Positions 50,073-60,359 of a stretch of 64,000 bases of DNA are shown here, in pieces. The position numbers and the translations under genes were made by a program. Numbering within the stretch: position 1 is the first letter of the stretch; each line of letters starts with the position of its first letter. The notes below the pieces were generated by a model. The model saw only the letters and a list, made by a program, of their open reading frames with translations, searched no databases and was not told the origin of the DNA. This DNA comes from an uncultured Solirubrobacterales bacterium (GTDB lineage: Bacteria; Actinomycetota; Thermoleophilia; Solirubrobacterales; Solirubrobacteraceae): assembly GCA_963734715.1 (NCBI GenBank), contig CAVTIB010000002.1, positions 299,733-363,732 on the forward strand, in the 5' to 3' direction.

Positions 50073-50779
50073 GTGAGAGCCGTCTCTCTCCATCGCGACG
50101 TGCTGGTTGCCACCAGCGCCGTCCTCCAGGTCAACTGCGTGGTCGTTCGTGGACCGGTCGACGAGGAGGGAGAGAGTTTTCTGATCGACTCCCCGGTCCT
50201 GCCCGACGAGCTTGCCACGTTACCCGCGCTGCTCGAGCAGGCCCGCTTCCCCGCTCCCAGCGGGCTGCTCGCCACACACGGCGACTGGGACCACCTGCTC
50301 GGGCGGCTCGCCTTCCCCGGCATCGCGCTCGGCTGCGCACAGAGCACGGCGGAGCGCCTGCGGGCATCGCCGGGCGAAGCGCAGCGCGAGCTACGCGCGT
50401 TCGATAAGGACCTGCTGATCGAGCGGCCTCGTCCGCTCGCGCTCGGGTCGGTCCAGGCGCTGCCCGTCCCCGGCCGCTGCGCCGTCGGTGACCGTGAGCT
50501 GGAGCTGCATCCCGCCGACGGACATACCCCAGACGGCATGGCGATCGTGATTCCCTGGGCGCGCGTGCTCGTCGCCGGTGACTATCTGTCGACGGTCGAG
50601 CCTCCCGAGGCCTCGGCAAGGGAAGTTCGGTCGAGGCCTATCTCGCGACGCTGGAGCGTTTGCGCCCATTGGTCGCCTCAGCCGAGCACATCGTCCCTGG
50701 CCACGGACCTGTGCTGAACGCCGAGCGGGCGCTCGAGGTCCTGGAGGAGAACGTCGCCTTGCTTACGCAGGCGACTTGA
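50073..50779 (+). CDS. Metallo-beta-lactamase fold hydrolase (apparent frameshift at ~50600-50625)
   Basis: THGDWDH, GHT, AGDY; the next frame has IVPGHG. Confidence 0.8.
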
Positions 50780-52574
50780 TCGTCGCGATCGGGGCGCCGG
50801 CGGCGATCGGGGCGCCCTCCTCGATCGGCAGCTCAGTGATCGTGCCCGCCTTGTGCGCGGTGATCTCGTTCTCCATCTTCATCGCCTCGATGATGCACAG
50901 GAGTTGACCCTCGGTGACAGTGTCGCCCTGTTTGACGAGCACCTTCCACATGTTCCCCTGCAGCGGCGATGGCAGCGTGTCCGGCCCCCCGCCGCTCGAG
51001 CTCTCACGCTGCTTGCGCTTCGGCGCCGCCCGTCCGCCTGCCGTCGAGCCGCTCGCCGCTCCGGCGCCGCCGCCACCGCCCGCAAACGGCGGTCCGACGA
51101 CGCGAACGTCGAAGCGCTGCCCCGAGACCTCGACCTCGTAGGTCTGCTCGACCTTCTTCTCCTCGCCGGCGTTCTCTCCCGGGGGCTGGGGCGCGGGGAA
51201 CGCAAGCGTCTTCAGCCAGGCTTTGTCCTCGAGCAGGTCTCTGCACGTCTCGCCCTTCGCCCACTGCTCGGTCGCGAGCAGCGCCTGATGGAAGGGAATC
51301 AGCGTCTTCAGACCCTCGATCTCGTATTCGCCCAGCGCGCGCAGCATCCGTCTGGTCGCCTGCTCGCGGTCGGAGTCCCACACGATCAGCTTCGCCACCA
51401 TCGGGTCGTACATCGGCGAGACTTCGCCGCCCGCGCCGACGCCCGAGTCGACGCGCACGCCCGGGCCGCTCGGCTCCAGATAGGCACCGATCTTGCCCGG
51501 CGCCGGGGCGAAGTTCTTGGAGGCGTCCTCGGCGTTGATCCGGCACTCGATCGCGTGTCCGCGCAGCTCGATCTGCTCCTGCGCATAGGACAACTCCTCG
51601 CCCGCGGCCGCTTTGATGCCCTCCTTGACGATGTCCACCCCAGTCGTCAGCTCGGTCACGCAATGCTCGACCTGCACGCGCGTGTTCATCTCCAGGAAGA
51701 AGTACTCAGGCTCCTGGCCTTCGCGTGCCGAGAACAGTCCCTCGATCGTTCCTGCGCCGACGTAGTCCACGGCCTTTGCCGCCTCCACGCCGATCTTTCC
51801 AATCCGCTCGCGCATTGCCGGATCGACCACCCACTCCGGCGCCGGGGACTCCTCGATCACCTTCTGGTGGCGGCGCTGGATCGAGCAGTCGCGCTCGCCC
51901 AGATGGATCACGTTTCCGTGACGGTCGGCGAGCACCTGCACCTCGACGTGGCGTGGGTCGTGCAGGTAGCGCTCGAGGTACACGGTCGGGTCGGAGAAGA
52001 ACTTCTCGCCTTCACGACTCGACCCCTCGAATGCTCCCTCCAGCTCGTCTTCGGTTAGCGCCACCCTGAAGCCCTTCCCACCTCCTCCGCCCGCCGCCTT
52101 GACGGCGACCGGGAAGCCGATCTCGTCCTTGGCGATCCGCAGCGCGTCGGCGACCGTCGCCACGGCCTCGGTCGTGCCCGGCACGATCGGCACGCCCGCG
52201 GCCTGCATCAACTCGCGGGCCTTCGTCTTCGAGCCCATCGCGTCGATTGCGCTCGCCGGCGGGCCGATGAAGACGATTCCGGCGTCCTCGCAGGCCTGCG
52301 CGAACGGGGCGTTCTCGGCGAGGAAGCCGTAGCCCGGGTGGATCGCCTCGGCGCCTGAGCGCCTGGCCACGTCGAGGATCTTCTCGATGCTCAGGTAGTT
52401 CTCCGCTGCCGGTCCCTCGCCGAGGTTGTAGGCCTCATCGGCGCGCTTTGCGTGCAGGGCGTCGCGGTCGAGCTCAGAGTACACGGCGACGCTTGCCACG
52501 CCGAGCTCTTCGAGCGCGCGCGCGATACGAACCGCTATCTCACCGCGGTTGGCGATCAATACCTTCGAGAACAT
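50763..52574 (-). CDS. Acyl-CoA carboxylase alpha subunit (biotin carboxylase + BCCP)
   Basis: ANRGEIA, HPGYGFLAEN, RDCSIQRRHQK, EMNTRVQVEH, EAMKM. Confidence 0.95.
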   Translation of the reverse strand: MFSKVLIANRGEIAVRIARALEELGVASVAVYSELDRDALHAKRADEAYNLGEGPAAENYLSIEKILDVARRSGAEAIHPGYGFLAENAPFAQACEDAGIVFIGPPASAIDAMGSKTKARELMQAAGVPIVPGTTEAVATVADALRIAKDEIGFPVAVKAAGGGGGKGFRVALTEDELEGAFEGSSREGEKFFSDPTVYLERYLHDPRHVEVQVLADRHGNVIHLGERDCSIQRRHQKVIEESPAPEWVVDPAMRERIGKIGVEAAKAVDYVGAGTIEGLFSAREGQEPEYFFLEMNTRVQVEHCVTELTTGVDIVKEGIKAAAGEELSYAQEQIELRGHAIECRINAEDASKNFAPAPGKIGAYLEPSGPGVRVDSGVGAGGEVSPMYDPMVAKLIVWDSDREQATRRMLRALGEYEIEGLKTLIPFHQALLATEQWAKGETCRDLLEDKAWLKTLAFPAPQPPGENAGEEKKVEQTYEVEVSGQRFDVRVVGPPFAGGGGGAGAASGSTAGGRAAPKRKQRESSSGGGPDTLPSPLQGNMWKVLVKQGDTVTEGQLLCIIEAMKMENEITAHKAGTITELPIEEGAPIAAGAPIATIKSPA

Positions 52575-52609
52575 CGGCGGGTAGCTTAGTTAATGAGGCG
52601 GCGTATCGA

Positions 52610-53956
52610 TCAGGCCGCTGACGCGGCGATCATCCCCGCGCCGACGGTCTCGTTCGAGGCCTCGTCGATCAGGATGAAGCTGCCGGTGCGGCGATTGCTC
52701 GCGTAGGGATCGAATACGAGCGGGGCGCTCGTTCTCAACCGCACCCGGCCGATCTCGTTCAGCCCCAGCTCCGCGGGCGCCGGTCCGCGCTCGAGCGTGT
52801 CCACGTCGACGTGGTCCGTGATTGCATCGATGACGGCGGTGACGCTGCGCGTGGTGTGCTTGATCGCGTAGCGGCCTCCAGGCTTCAGCGGCCGCTCGGC
52901 CATCCAGCAGATGTCGGCTTCCAGCTCGCGCGCGACCGTCGGCGCCTCCTCCGGGCGGCAGATCGTCTCGCCGCGGGAGACGTCGAGCTCGTCCTCCAAC
53001 CGCAGCGTCAGCGACATTGGGGCCATCGCCTCGTCGAGCTCGCCGTCGAACGTGTCGATCGCGGCGATCTTCGTCGTGCGACCGCTCGGCAGTGCCACAA
53101 CCTCCTCGCCCTTGCGCAGCGCTCCACTCGCCAGCTGGCCGGCGTAGCCGCGGTAGTCGTCCACGCTCGCCGCGCTGCCGTTCGCCGTGGTGGCGCTGCC
53201 GTTCACCGCCACGGTCGCGGTGGGTCGGATCACCCACTGCACGGGGAACCTCGCGGGCCGATCGTAGGGGTGGTCGTAGGCGACCTCGACCTGCTCCAAC
53301 AGCTCCAGCAGAGTGGATGGATGGACCTCCCCGTCAAACCATGCCATTGCCTGCGAGCGCTCGACGACGTTGTCGCCGTTCAGCGCCGAGATCGGCATGT
53401 AAATGATCTCGTACTGATCGCCCGCCCTTCGCCCGCCCTCGCGCAGGTTGGGGGCAAAGCCCTCGAACTCCGCCACGACTTCTTCAAAGCGCTCCTGGGA
53501 GTACCCGACGAGGTCCATCTTGTTGACCGCCACGACGAGCTTTGGGATTCCGAGCAGCGCGCTGATGAACGCGTGGCGCTTTGACTGCTCCAGCACCCCT
53601 TTGCGTGCGTCGAGCAGGATCACCGCGACATCGGCGGTTGAGGCACCCGTGACCATGTTCCGCGTGTACTGCCTGTGCCCCGGGCAATCGGCGATGATGA
53701 AGCGCCGCTTCGGTGTCGCGAAATATCGATACGCGACGTCGATCGTGATCCCCTGCTCGCGCTCTGCCCGCAGCCCGTCGGTCAGCAGCGCGAGGTCGAG
53801 CGAGCCCTCGCCGCCGCGCCGCTCGCTCGCCGCTTCGACGTGCTCCAGCTGATCCTCGAGCACCTGCTTCGTGTCGTACAGCAGCCTGCCGATCAGCGTG
53901 CTCTTGCCATCGTCGACGGAACCCGCTGTCATGAACCGGAGTAGGTCGAGGGTCAC
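52610..53956 (-). CDS. cysN: Sulfate adenylyltransferase subunit 1 (no fused CysC)
   Basis: GSVDDGKST, EREQGITID, DCPGH, NKMD. Confidence 0.93.
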   Translation of the reverse strand: MTLDLLRFMTAGSVDDGKSTLIGRLLYDTKQVLEDQLEHVEAASERRGGEGSLDLALLTDGLRAEREQGITIDVAYRYFATPKRRFIIADCPGHRQYTRNMVTGASTADVAVILLDARKGVLEQSKRHAFISALLGIPKLVVAVNKMDLVGYSQERFEEVVAEFEGFAPNLREGGRRAGDQYEIIYMPISALNGDNVVERSQAMAWFDGEVHPSTLLELLEQVEVAYDHPYDRPARFPVQWVIRPTATVAVNGSATTANGSAASVDDYRGYAGQLASGALRKGEEVVALPSGRTTKIAAIDTFDGELDEAMAPMSLTLRLEDELDVSRGETICRPEEAPTVARELEADICWMAERPLKPGGRYAIKHTTRSVTAVIDAITDHVDVDTLERGPAPAELGLNEIGRVRLRTSAPLVFDPYASNRRTGSFILIDEASNETVGAGMIAASAA

Positions 53957-54873
53957 TAGAAGTACCCGGCCTTCTTGCGGTCCTCCATCGCGGCCTCCGT
54001 CACCCGATCGTCGGCGCGTGTCTCCCCACGCTCGGTGATCCGCGTCGCGGCGATCTCGCTGACGACCTCCTGGAGCGTCACCGCTTGTGAGCGCACCCCA
54101 CCGGTGCAGGTCATGTCGCCGACGGTTCGGTAGCGCACCGTCTCGGTGTGCACCTGCTCGCCGTCGATCAGCTCGACGCCCTCGCGCCACGCGTACAGCA
54201 TTCCGTCACGCCCGAACACCTCGCGCTCGTGAGCGAAGTAGATCGACGGCACCTCCAAGGACTCCTGGTCGATGTACTCCCAGACGTCGAGCTCCGTCCA
54301 GTTGGAGATCGGGAACACCCTGACGTTCTCGCCCTGCTTGATGCGCCCGTTGTACAGGTTCCACAACTCTGGGCGCTGTTTCTTCGGGTCCCACTGGCCG
54401 AAATCGTCGCGGAAGGAGAACACGCGCTCCTTCGCCCGCGCGCGCTCCTCGTCGCGCCGCGCGCCGCCGAAGGCCGCGTCGAAGCCGTGCTCGGCGAGCG
54501 CGTCCAGCAGCGTCACCGTCTGCAGCCGGTTGCGCGAGGCTCGCGGCCCTGTCTCCTCGACTGCTCGGCCCTTGTCGATCGACTCCTGCACGCTCGCCAC
54601 GATCAACCGCTCGCCCAGTTCCGCCGTGCGCCGGTCGCGGAACTCGATCACCTCGGGGAAATTGTGTCCAGTGTCCACGTGCATCAGCGGGAATGGGAAC
54701 GGCGCCGGGCGGAACGCCTTCTCGGCCAGCCTCAGCAGCACGATCGAGTCCTTCCCGCCGCTGAATAGCAGCACCGGTCGCTCCAGTTCGGCCGCGACCT
54801 CGCGCATCACGTGGATCGCCTCGCTCTCCAGCGCGCGCAGGTGACTGAGCTGTGGACGGGCCGCGACGCTCAT
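53956..54873 (-). CDS. cysD: Sulfate adenylyltransferase subunit 2
   Basis: FSGGKDS, GGARRDEE, QRPELW, KKAGYF. Confidence 0.95.
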   Translation of the reverse strand: MSVAARPQLSHLRALESEAIHVMREVAAELERPVLLFSGGKDSIVLLRLAEKAFRPAPFPFPLMHVDTGHNFPEVIEFRDRRTAELGERLIVASVQESIDKGRAVEETGPRASRNRLQTVTLLDALAEHGFDAAFGGARRDEERARAKERVFSFRDDFGQWDPKKQRPELWNLYNGRIKQGENVRVFPISNWTELDVWEYIDQESLEVPSIYFAHEREVFGRDGMLYAWREGVELIDGEQVHTETVRYRTVGDMTCTGGVRSQAVTLQEVVSEIAATRITERGETRADDRVTEAAMEDRKKAGYF

Positions 54874-54877
54874 CGAG

Positions 54878-55588
54878 TCAGCGGACGGGCTCTACGACAT
54901 GGATGCCGCACTCCGTCTTGTCCGTGCCTGCCCAGCGGCCTTCGCGGCCACTGCCCGGCTGCGTGCACGGTGCGCAGCCGATCGACTCATAGCCCTGGTC
55001 GTGCAGTGGGTTGTATGGGAGGTCGCGCTCGTTGATCCGCCGCCACAGGTCCTTGTCGGTCCAGTGGGCGAGGGGGTTGTACTTCCACAGGCCGCGGCCC
55101 TCGTCGCGTTCGATCAGCTCAGTCTTCGCTCTTGTCGGGCCCTGCTCGCGGCGGATGCCGGTGATCCAGCCCTCTGCGCCGGCCAGTGAGCTCTCCAGGG
55201 CCGCGACCTTCGCGACCGAGCAGCAGTGCTCAGGGCCGCTCCACGGCTCACCGGCGCTACTCGCGTCGCGCACCTCGATCTTCACGCCGAAGCGCTCCTC
55301 GAACTGCCGCCAGGTCTGCAAGGTCTCGGGAAAGAGGACGCCGGTGTCGATTGTCACGATTCTCACTGCGGCTTCCGGGTGGGCGGGGTTCATTTCCTCT
55401 CCCAGCCGCAGCAGCTCATCGAGCAGCACCGACTCCTCCTTCTGGAATGAGCACAGCAACACGGCTCGCTCGCCGTGGCGCGCCGCCTCGCGCAAGGTGT
55501 GGGTCAGGCTGAGGCCGGGGTCGATCGGGCTGAGCGCCTGCTCGCGCCCGAGGGTGATCTCCGCTGTATGGCTGTCTTGAGGGCTCAT
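54878..55588 (-). CDS. cysH: APS/PAPS reductase (Fe-S, APS-type)
   Basis: IDTG..FPET, CC, TGIRREQ, IGCAPCT, ECGIH. Confidence 0.9.
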   Translation of the reverse strand: MSPQDSHTAEITLGREQALSPIDPGLSLTHTLREAARHGERAVLLCSFQKEESVLLDELLRLGEEMNPAHPEAAVRIVTIDTGVLFPETLQTWRQFEERFGVKIEVRDASSAGEPWSGPEHCCSVAKVAALESSLAGAEGWITGIRREQGPTRAKTELIERDEGRGLWKYNPLAHWTDKDLWRRINERDLPYNPLHDQGYESIGCAPCTQPGSGREGRWAGTDKTECGIHVVEPVR

Positions 55589-55656
55589 GTTCTGCTTGTC
55601 TCGCTTGTCTTGCTGTTCTCTCTGTCTTGGTCGTCTCGTTCGCGTCAGTCCTTGAG

Positions 55657-57501
55657 CTATACCGCGCACTCGCCCTCGCCGCGAATCACTTCGAAGGGAA
55701 CGTTGCGGTTCCAGTCGATAAACGTGTTCATCGTCTCCAAGCCGAAGTCGACGGGCATCGACAGGTCCTTCACGAGCCCCTCGAGCTCGGTCGTGCCGAC
55801 ACGCTCGGCGAAGTCGTTCCACTCCTCGCCGTCGTTGCGGTTGGCCTCGTAGTGGCCGATCCAGCGCTCGACGGCGTCGGGGACGCGCTTGGAGGGCAGA
55901 CGCAGCTTCAGGCGCGTACCGAACTTGACCTCGCCGCCTTCGAACACGCCGCCGACATGGGGGATGTAGGCCGGGATTGTGTGCTCCCCGACTTTGATCG
56001 ACGCGCCGGTGAAGCCGATGCTCGCCACGTGGTGCTGACCGCAGCCGTTCGGGCAGCCCGAGATCTTCACGTTCAGCTTGCGCGTGATCTCATCGGTGAT
56101 GTCCATCGCCACGATCCGCTCCTGCACCGCCTGGTTCAGCCCCATCGAGCTCGTGATCCCGAGCTTGCACGAATCGGTCCCGGGGCACGAGACCACGTCG
56201 GTGATCTCGCGCGAGCCGGCCTCGCCGAGGCCGAGCTCTGACAGCGCTCGCCAGAGGTCATAGACGCTCTCCTCGCGCACCCAGCGCAGCACGAAGTTCT
56301 GCTGGACGGTCGTGCGCGCGTAGCCGCCGGCGTATTCACGCATGGCTGCCGCCAGGCCGCGGAACTGCTCCGGCGTGAGGTCGCCGCGCAGGACTTTCGC
56401 CTCGACGGTCACGTAGCCCTCCTGCTTCTGCTCGCGCACGTTCGCCCGCCGAAAGCGTTCGAAATCGGTCAGGTCTCCGTTCGGGCTGCCGTATTGCTCC
56501 CGCGGCGCGGGCGCGCCCTCGCGCTCGTCGTCGAGGAACAGCCTGTCCTCGATCGAGAAGTCGCGTTCCGCCACCCAGTCGCCCTTGCACTCCTCCTCGA
56601 CCTGATTGCGCAGCTCGTCGATCCCGAACTTGTCGACGAACACCTTGATCCGCGCGCGCGCCCTGTTCTGGCGCAGCCAGTCCTGGCGGTCGAAGATCCG
56701 GAACACCGCCTCGGCGAGCTTCAGGTACTCGCCGTTGTCGAGCTCAACGAACTCGTACAGCGCCGGCGCGACGCGCGGCATGATCGAGGTGCCGCCGCCG
56801 ACGAGCATCTCCGCGCCGCGTACCGTGCCTCGTCCCTCGATCTCCTTCGTGCGCGCGCGGAAGGCGATGTCGTGGATGCCTGAGATCGCGCGATCGCGCG
56901 GGGAGCCGTCGAACGCCGTCTTGATCTTGCGCGGCATCGCCTGCGTCGTGGGGTGGCGGACGAAGTAGCGCACGTACGCGCCCGCGTACGGCGTCATGTC
57001 GAACAGCTCGTCCTTGGCTACGCCCGCCCATGGGTCTCCGGTCACGTTTCTCACGGTGTTGCCGCAGCCCTCGCGGCTGGACAGCCCCGACTCGCTGAGC
57101 TCGCGGATCGCCGGCTCCATTTCCGCCAGCGGGATGTGGTGGATCTGGACGTTCTGCCGGGTCGTGATGTGGCCCTTGTTCAGCGGCGCGTACTTTTCGA
57201 CGACATTCGCGAAGGACTCCATCTGCTCCGGCGTGACCCCGCCGAACGGCAGCTTCACGCGGACCATGTTCACGTCGGGCTGGCGCTGCCCGTAGACGCC
57301 CTGCTTGAGGCGGAACTTGATGAACTCGTCCTCGGGTATGTCGCCGGCGAGGAATTTGGTGGCCTCGGTCTTGAAGTCGTCGAACTCTCGCTCGATGATC
57401 GGGATCACGTGCCCGGGTACGTTCTGCAGGATCTCAGGATCCGCGAGCGTGCCACGCGGGGCGGGCGCTGAGTCCTGGGCGGGGGCTGAAGCTGACTCCA
57501 T
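55657..57501 (-). CDS. sir: Ferredoxin-dependent sulfite/nitrite reductase
   Basis: TTRQNVQ, PRKIK, CPGTDSC, SGCPNGC; heads the cys operon. Confidence 0.88.
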   Translation of the reverse strand: MESASAPAQDSAPAPRGTLADPEILQNVPGHVIPIIEREFDDFKTEATKFLAGDIPEDEFIKFRLKQGVYGQRQPDVNMVRVKLPFGGVTPEQMESFANVVEKYAPLNKGHITTRQNVQIHHIPLAEMEPAIRELSESGLSSREGCGNTVRNVTGDPWAGVAKDELFDMTPYAGAYVRYFVRHPTTQAMPRKIKTAFDGSPRDRAISGIHDIAFRARTKEIEGRGTVRGAEMLVGGGTSIMPRVAPALYEFVELDNGEYLKLAEAVFRIFDRQDWLRQNRARARIKVFVDKFGIDELRNQVEEECKGDWVAERDFSIEDRLFLDDEREGAPAPREQYGSPNGDLTDFERFRRANVREQKQEGYVTVEAKVLRGDLTPEQFRGLAAAMREYAGGYARTTVQQNFVLRWVREESVYDLWRALSELGLGEAGSREITDVVSCPGTDSCKLGITSSMGLNQAVQERIVAMDITDEITRKLNVKISGCPNGCGQHHVASIGFTGASIKVGEHTIPAYIPHVGGVFEGGEVKFGTRLKLRLPSKRVPDAVERWIGHYEANRNDGEEWNDFAERVGTTELEGLVKDLSMPVDFGLETMNTFIDWNRNVPFEVIRGEGECAV

Positions 57502-57560
57502 CTGTGCGACCTCCTGCGGTTCCTGGTCCGTGTCCTGGGCGAGTTGTGCGGTGGGGAGCT

Positions 57561-57597
57561 GGACTATCTAAAGATTGTCCTAAAGCCTAGCGGCTTT
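57561..57597. promoter_or_regulatory. Imperfect 20-bp palindrome plus small hairpin upstream of sir-cysHDN
   Basis: GGACTATCTAAAGATTGTCC; AAAGCC-TAGC-GGCTTT. Confidence 0.45.
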
Positions 57598-57604
57598 CGG
57601 GTAT

Positions 57605-57817
57605 TTATCCAGACGCCGGAAACGTGAACTCTGGATCGCGCGTGACCCCTTCGAGGATAGCCGCGCGAATCCAGGAGTCGGGGTACTCGTCCTCAGAGCT
57701 CGCCGGCGGCGCCGTCGCGTGCATGAACTGCTCGATCGCCGCCGCGATCGCCGCTGCCTGTGCGGGTGAGGCTGGGCGCGGAGAGATCTGAGGCAGGGGA
57801 ATTGTGGGAATCCTCAC
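57605..57817 (-). CDS. Acyl-CoA carboxylase epsilon subunit-like protein
   Basis: GTG overlaps the beta-subunit stop; [13 protein letters not shown] ... W..AA..EG pattern. Confidence 0.65.
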   Translation of the reverse strand: MRIPTIPLPQISPRPASPAQAAAIAAAIEQFMHATAPPASSEDEYPDSWIRAAILEGVTRDPEFTFPASG

Positions 57818-59454
57818 AGGGGAATGTTGCCGTGCTTGCGCTTCGGCCCCGGCTCGCGCTTGGAGCGCAGTGTCTGAAGCGCCGCGATCAGCCGCGGGCG
57901 CGTCTCGTGCGGGACGATCACATCGTCGATGTATCCTCGCTCGGCTGCCGTATAGGGGTTGGCGAAGCGCGCCTTGTAGTCGTCCATCAGCTTCTGACGG
58001 CGCTCGTCCGGAGTCGGGCTCTGCGCGAGGTCGCGACGGTAGATGATGTTCACAGCGCCCTCCGGGCCCATCACCGCGACCTCGGCCGTCGGCCAGGCGA
58101 AGTTGAAGTCCGCTCCGAGGTGCTTGGAGGACATCACGTCGTAGGCGCCACCGTAGGCCTTGCGCGTGATGATCGTGACCTTTGGCACCGTCGCCTCGGC
58201 GAACGCATACAGCAGCTTCGCGCCGTGTCTGATGATGCCGCCCCACTCCTGAGCGGTGCCCGGCAGGAAGCCGGGGACATCACAGAACGTCAGCAACGGG
58301 ATGTTGAACGCGTCGCAGGTGCGCACGAAGCGCGCGGCCTTCTCGGAGGCCGCGATGTCGAGCACGCCGGCGAGCTGCGCGGGCTGGTTGCCGACGATGC
58401 CGACCGTGTAGCCGTCCATGCGTGAGAAGCCGCAGATGATGTTCTTGGCGTAGTGCTCGTGCACCTCGAAGAACTCCTCGTCGTCGACGATCAGCTTGAC
58501 CACGTCACGCATGTCATACGGCTTGTTCGAGTTATCCGGGACGACCTGATCGAGCTCGGGGTCCATCCTTTGCGGGTCGTCTGACGGCTGTACGCGGGGC
58601 GTCTGCTGGAGGTTGTTCTGGGGCAGGAAGCTCAGCAGGTAGCGGCAGTCCTCCAGGCACGCGTCCTCGTCCTCGGAGGCGAACTGCGCGACGCCCGACT
58701 TCGTGTTGTGCGACATCGCCCCGCCGAGCTCCTCGAAGCCGACTTCCTCGCCGGTCACCGTCTTGATCACATCGGGGCCGGTGATGAACATATGCGAGGT
58801 CTCCTTGACCATGAAGATGAAGTCGGTGATCGCCGGCGAGTAGACCGCACCACCGGCGCATGGGCCCATCACGAGGCTGATCTGCGGGATCACACCTGAG
58901 CTGCGCACGTTGCGCAAGAACACGTCGCCGTAGGAGCCGAGCGACACGACGCCCTCCTGAATCCGCGCTCCGCCGGAGTCGTTGATGCCGATCACCGGAC
59001 AGCCGATCTTCGCGGCCAGATCCATGATCTTGCACATCTTCTCGCCCATCACCTCGCCCAGGGAGCCCCCGAACACGGTGAAGTCCTGGCTGAACACGCA
59101 CACGGTGCGGCCGTCGATCGTGCCGTGGCCGGTGACCACGGCGTCGCCCCAGGGCTGGTTCTTCTGCATGTCGAAGTCGTACGTGCGGTGGCGCACGAAC
59201 GTGTCGAGCTCCTGGAAGGACCCCTCGTCGAGCAGCTTTTCCACGCGCTCGCGCGCGGTGTACTTGCCGCGCGCATGCTGCTTCTCCTCGGCCTCCGGCG
59301 ATGAATGGATCGCGGCCTCACGCAGCTCTTGTAGCTGGGCGAGCTTCTCCTCGTAGGTCTCCGGCGCCTTCTGGCGCGGCGGTTTGCGGTGCCCGCTGCG
59401 AGAAGCGGCTAGCAGCGCGGCGTCGTTCTGCCGGTCGTGTGCATTCGAGGCCAT
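57814..59454 (-). CDS. pccB: Acyl-CoA (propionyl-CoA) carboxylase beta subunit
   Basis: [45 protein letters not shown]. Confidence 0.92.
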   Translation of the reverse strand: MASNAHDRQNDAALLAASRSGHRKPPRQKAPETYEEKLAQLQELREAAIHSSPEAEEKQHARGKYTARERVEKLLDEGSFQELDTFVRHRTYDFDMQKNQPWGDAVVTGHGTIDGRTVCVFSQDFTVFGGSLGEVMGEKMCKIMDLAAKIGCPVIGINDSGGARIQEGVVSLGSYGDVFLRNVRSSGVIPQISLVMGPCAGGAVYSPAITDFIFMVKETSHMFITGPDVIKTVTGEEVGFEELGGAMSHNTKSGVAQFASEDEDACLEDCRYLLSFLPQNNLQQTPRVQPSDDPQRMDPELDQVVPDNSNKPYDMRDVVKLIVDDEEFFEVHEHYAKNIICGFSRMDGYTVGIVGNQPAQLAGVLDIAASEKAARFVRTCDAFNIPLLTFCDVPGFLPGTAQEWGGIIRHGAKLLYAFAEATVPKVTIITRKAYGGAYDVMSSKHLGADFNFAWPTAEVAVMGPEGAVNIIYRRDLAQSPTPDERRQKLMDDYKARFANPYTAAERGYIDDVIVPHETRPRLIAALQTLRSKREPGPKRKHGNIPL

Positions 59455-59560
59455 CCGGCGCGGGATCTTATCCGGGGGCTCGCGCCGGGTGGTTCTCGAG
59501 CCGGCCTCAGGCGATGCCCGGATGAGTCACAGACGCTGCGCCGGCAGGCCTCAGACCGCC

Positions 59561-60271
59561 TCAGGCGCGCGAGAATGGCCGGTGGTGCGCGGCACCCAGC
59601 CGGTCGAGCACGGCGGTGAGCACCGCGGTCACTTCCTCGGCCGCGACCTGCTCGGCCGCGATCTCTTCGGCCGCCTGCAGTTCCGCCGCGATGTCCGGGA
59701 GCTCCTGCGGCGGCTCATCCTGCGGTGGATCCTCCTCGGCGAGAACCGGCTCCGGCTCGACTGTCAACTCCGGCTCCAGCGCTTGCGGCTCAGAGAGCAC
59801 CTGCTCCTGGCGGCGGCGGAAGATCCTGGCGAAGAATCCCCGGCGCCGCTCGGGCTCTGGCTCCTCGGTGGTCGCCTCAGGCTCCTCCACTTCCTCTACC
59901 GCAAGCTCTGCTTCGCCCGCGCCGCCTAGCGTCTCCGCTGCCGACTCCCCGGTCGCGGGCCCCTCGCCCTCCCCGACCGTAAGCTCCGTTTCGTCCGCGG
60001 ACTCCGGCGCGGGCTCGATCGGCGGCTCGACCACAGCGAGCTCGCGGGCGACCGTCAGCGTCACCTTCGTGCCCCATCCCGATGCCTTCAGCAGCACCTT
60101 GCCGGTTGTGTCCGCGGCCTCCCATTCCACGGTCTTCTCCGGCTCGACGCGAGTGATGCGAATCTCCCCCAGCTCGCCGAGATGGCGCGCCAGGGAGACC
60201 GGGTCGCTGAGCTCCGCCCACAGCTCGGGCGGGGACTTGACCAAAGTGCGCTGCACCTCCGAGGAGATCAT
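59561..60271 (-). CDS. Hypothetical protein, SRPBCC-like N-terminus with acidic linker
   Basis: RTLVKSPPELWAELSD..GWGTKVTL; C-terminal LDRLGAAHHRPFSRA. Confidence 0.65.
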   Translation of the reverse strand: MISSEVQRTLVKSPPELWAELSDPVSLARHLGELGEIRITRVEPEKTVEWEAADTTGKVLLKASGWGTKVTLTVARELAVVEPPIEPAPESADETELTVGEGEGPATGESAAETLGGAGEAELAVEEVEEPEATTEEPEPERRRGFFARIFRRRQEQVLSEPQALEPELTVEPEPVLAEEDPPQDEPPQELPDIAAELQAAEEIAAEQVAAEEVTAVLTAVLDRLGAAHHRPFSRA

Positions 60272-60359
60272 CGGAAGACCATTTCGCGCGCGCCGCGAGG
60301 ACTCCTTCAGCGTGGCGATGCGCACAAAATGCGCCGATCCCAACGAGGCGCTCTGGACG

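Noticed and set aside
57501-57605. SAM riboswitch before the cys operon
   Set aside because: No recognisable SAM-I/IV core
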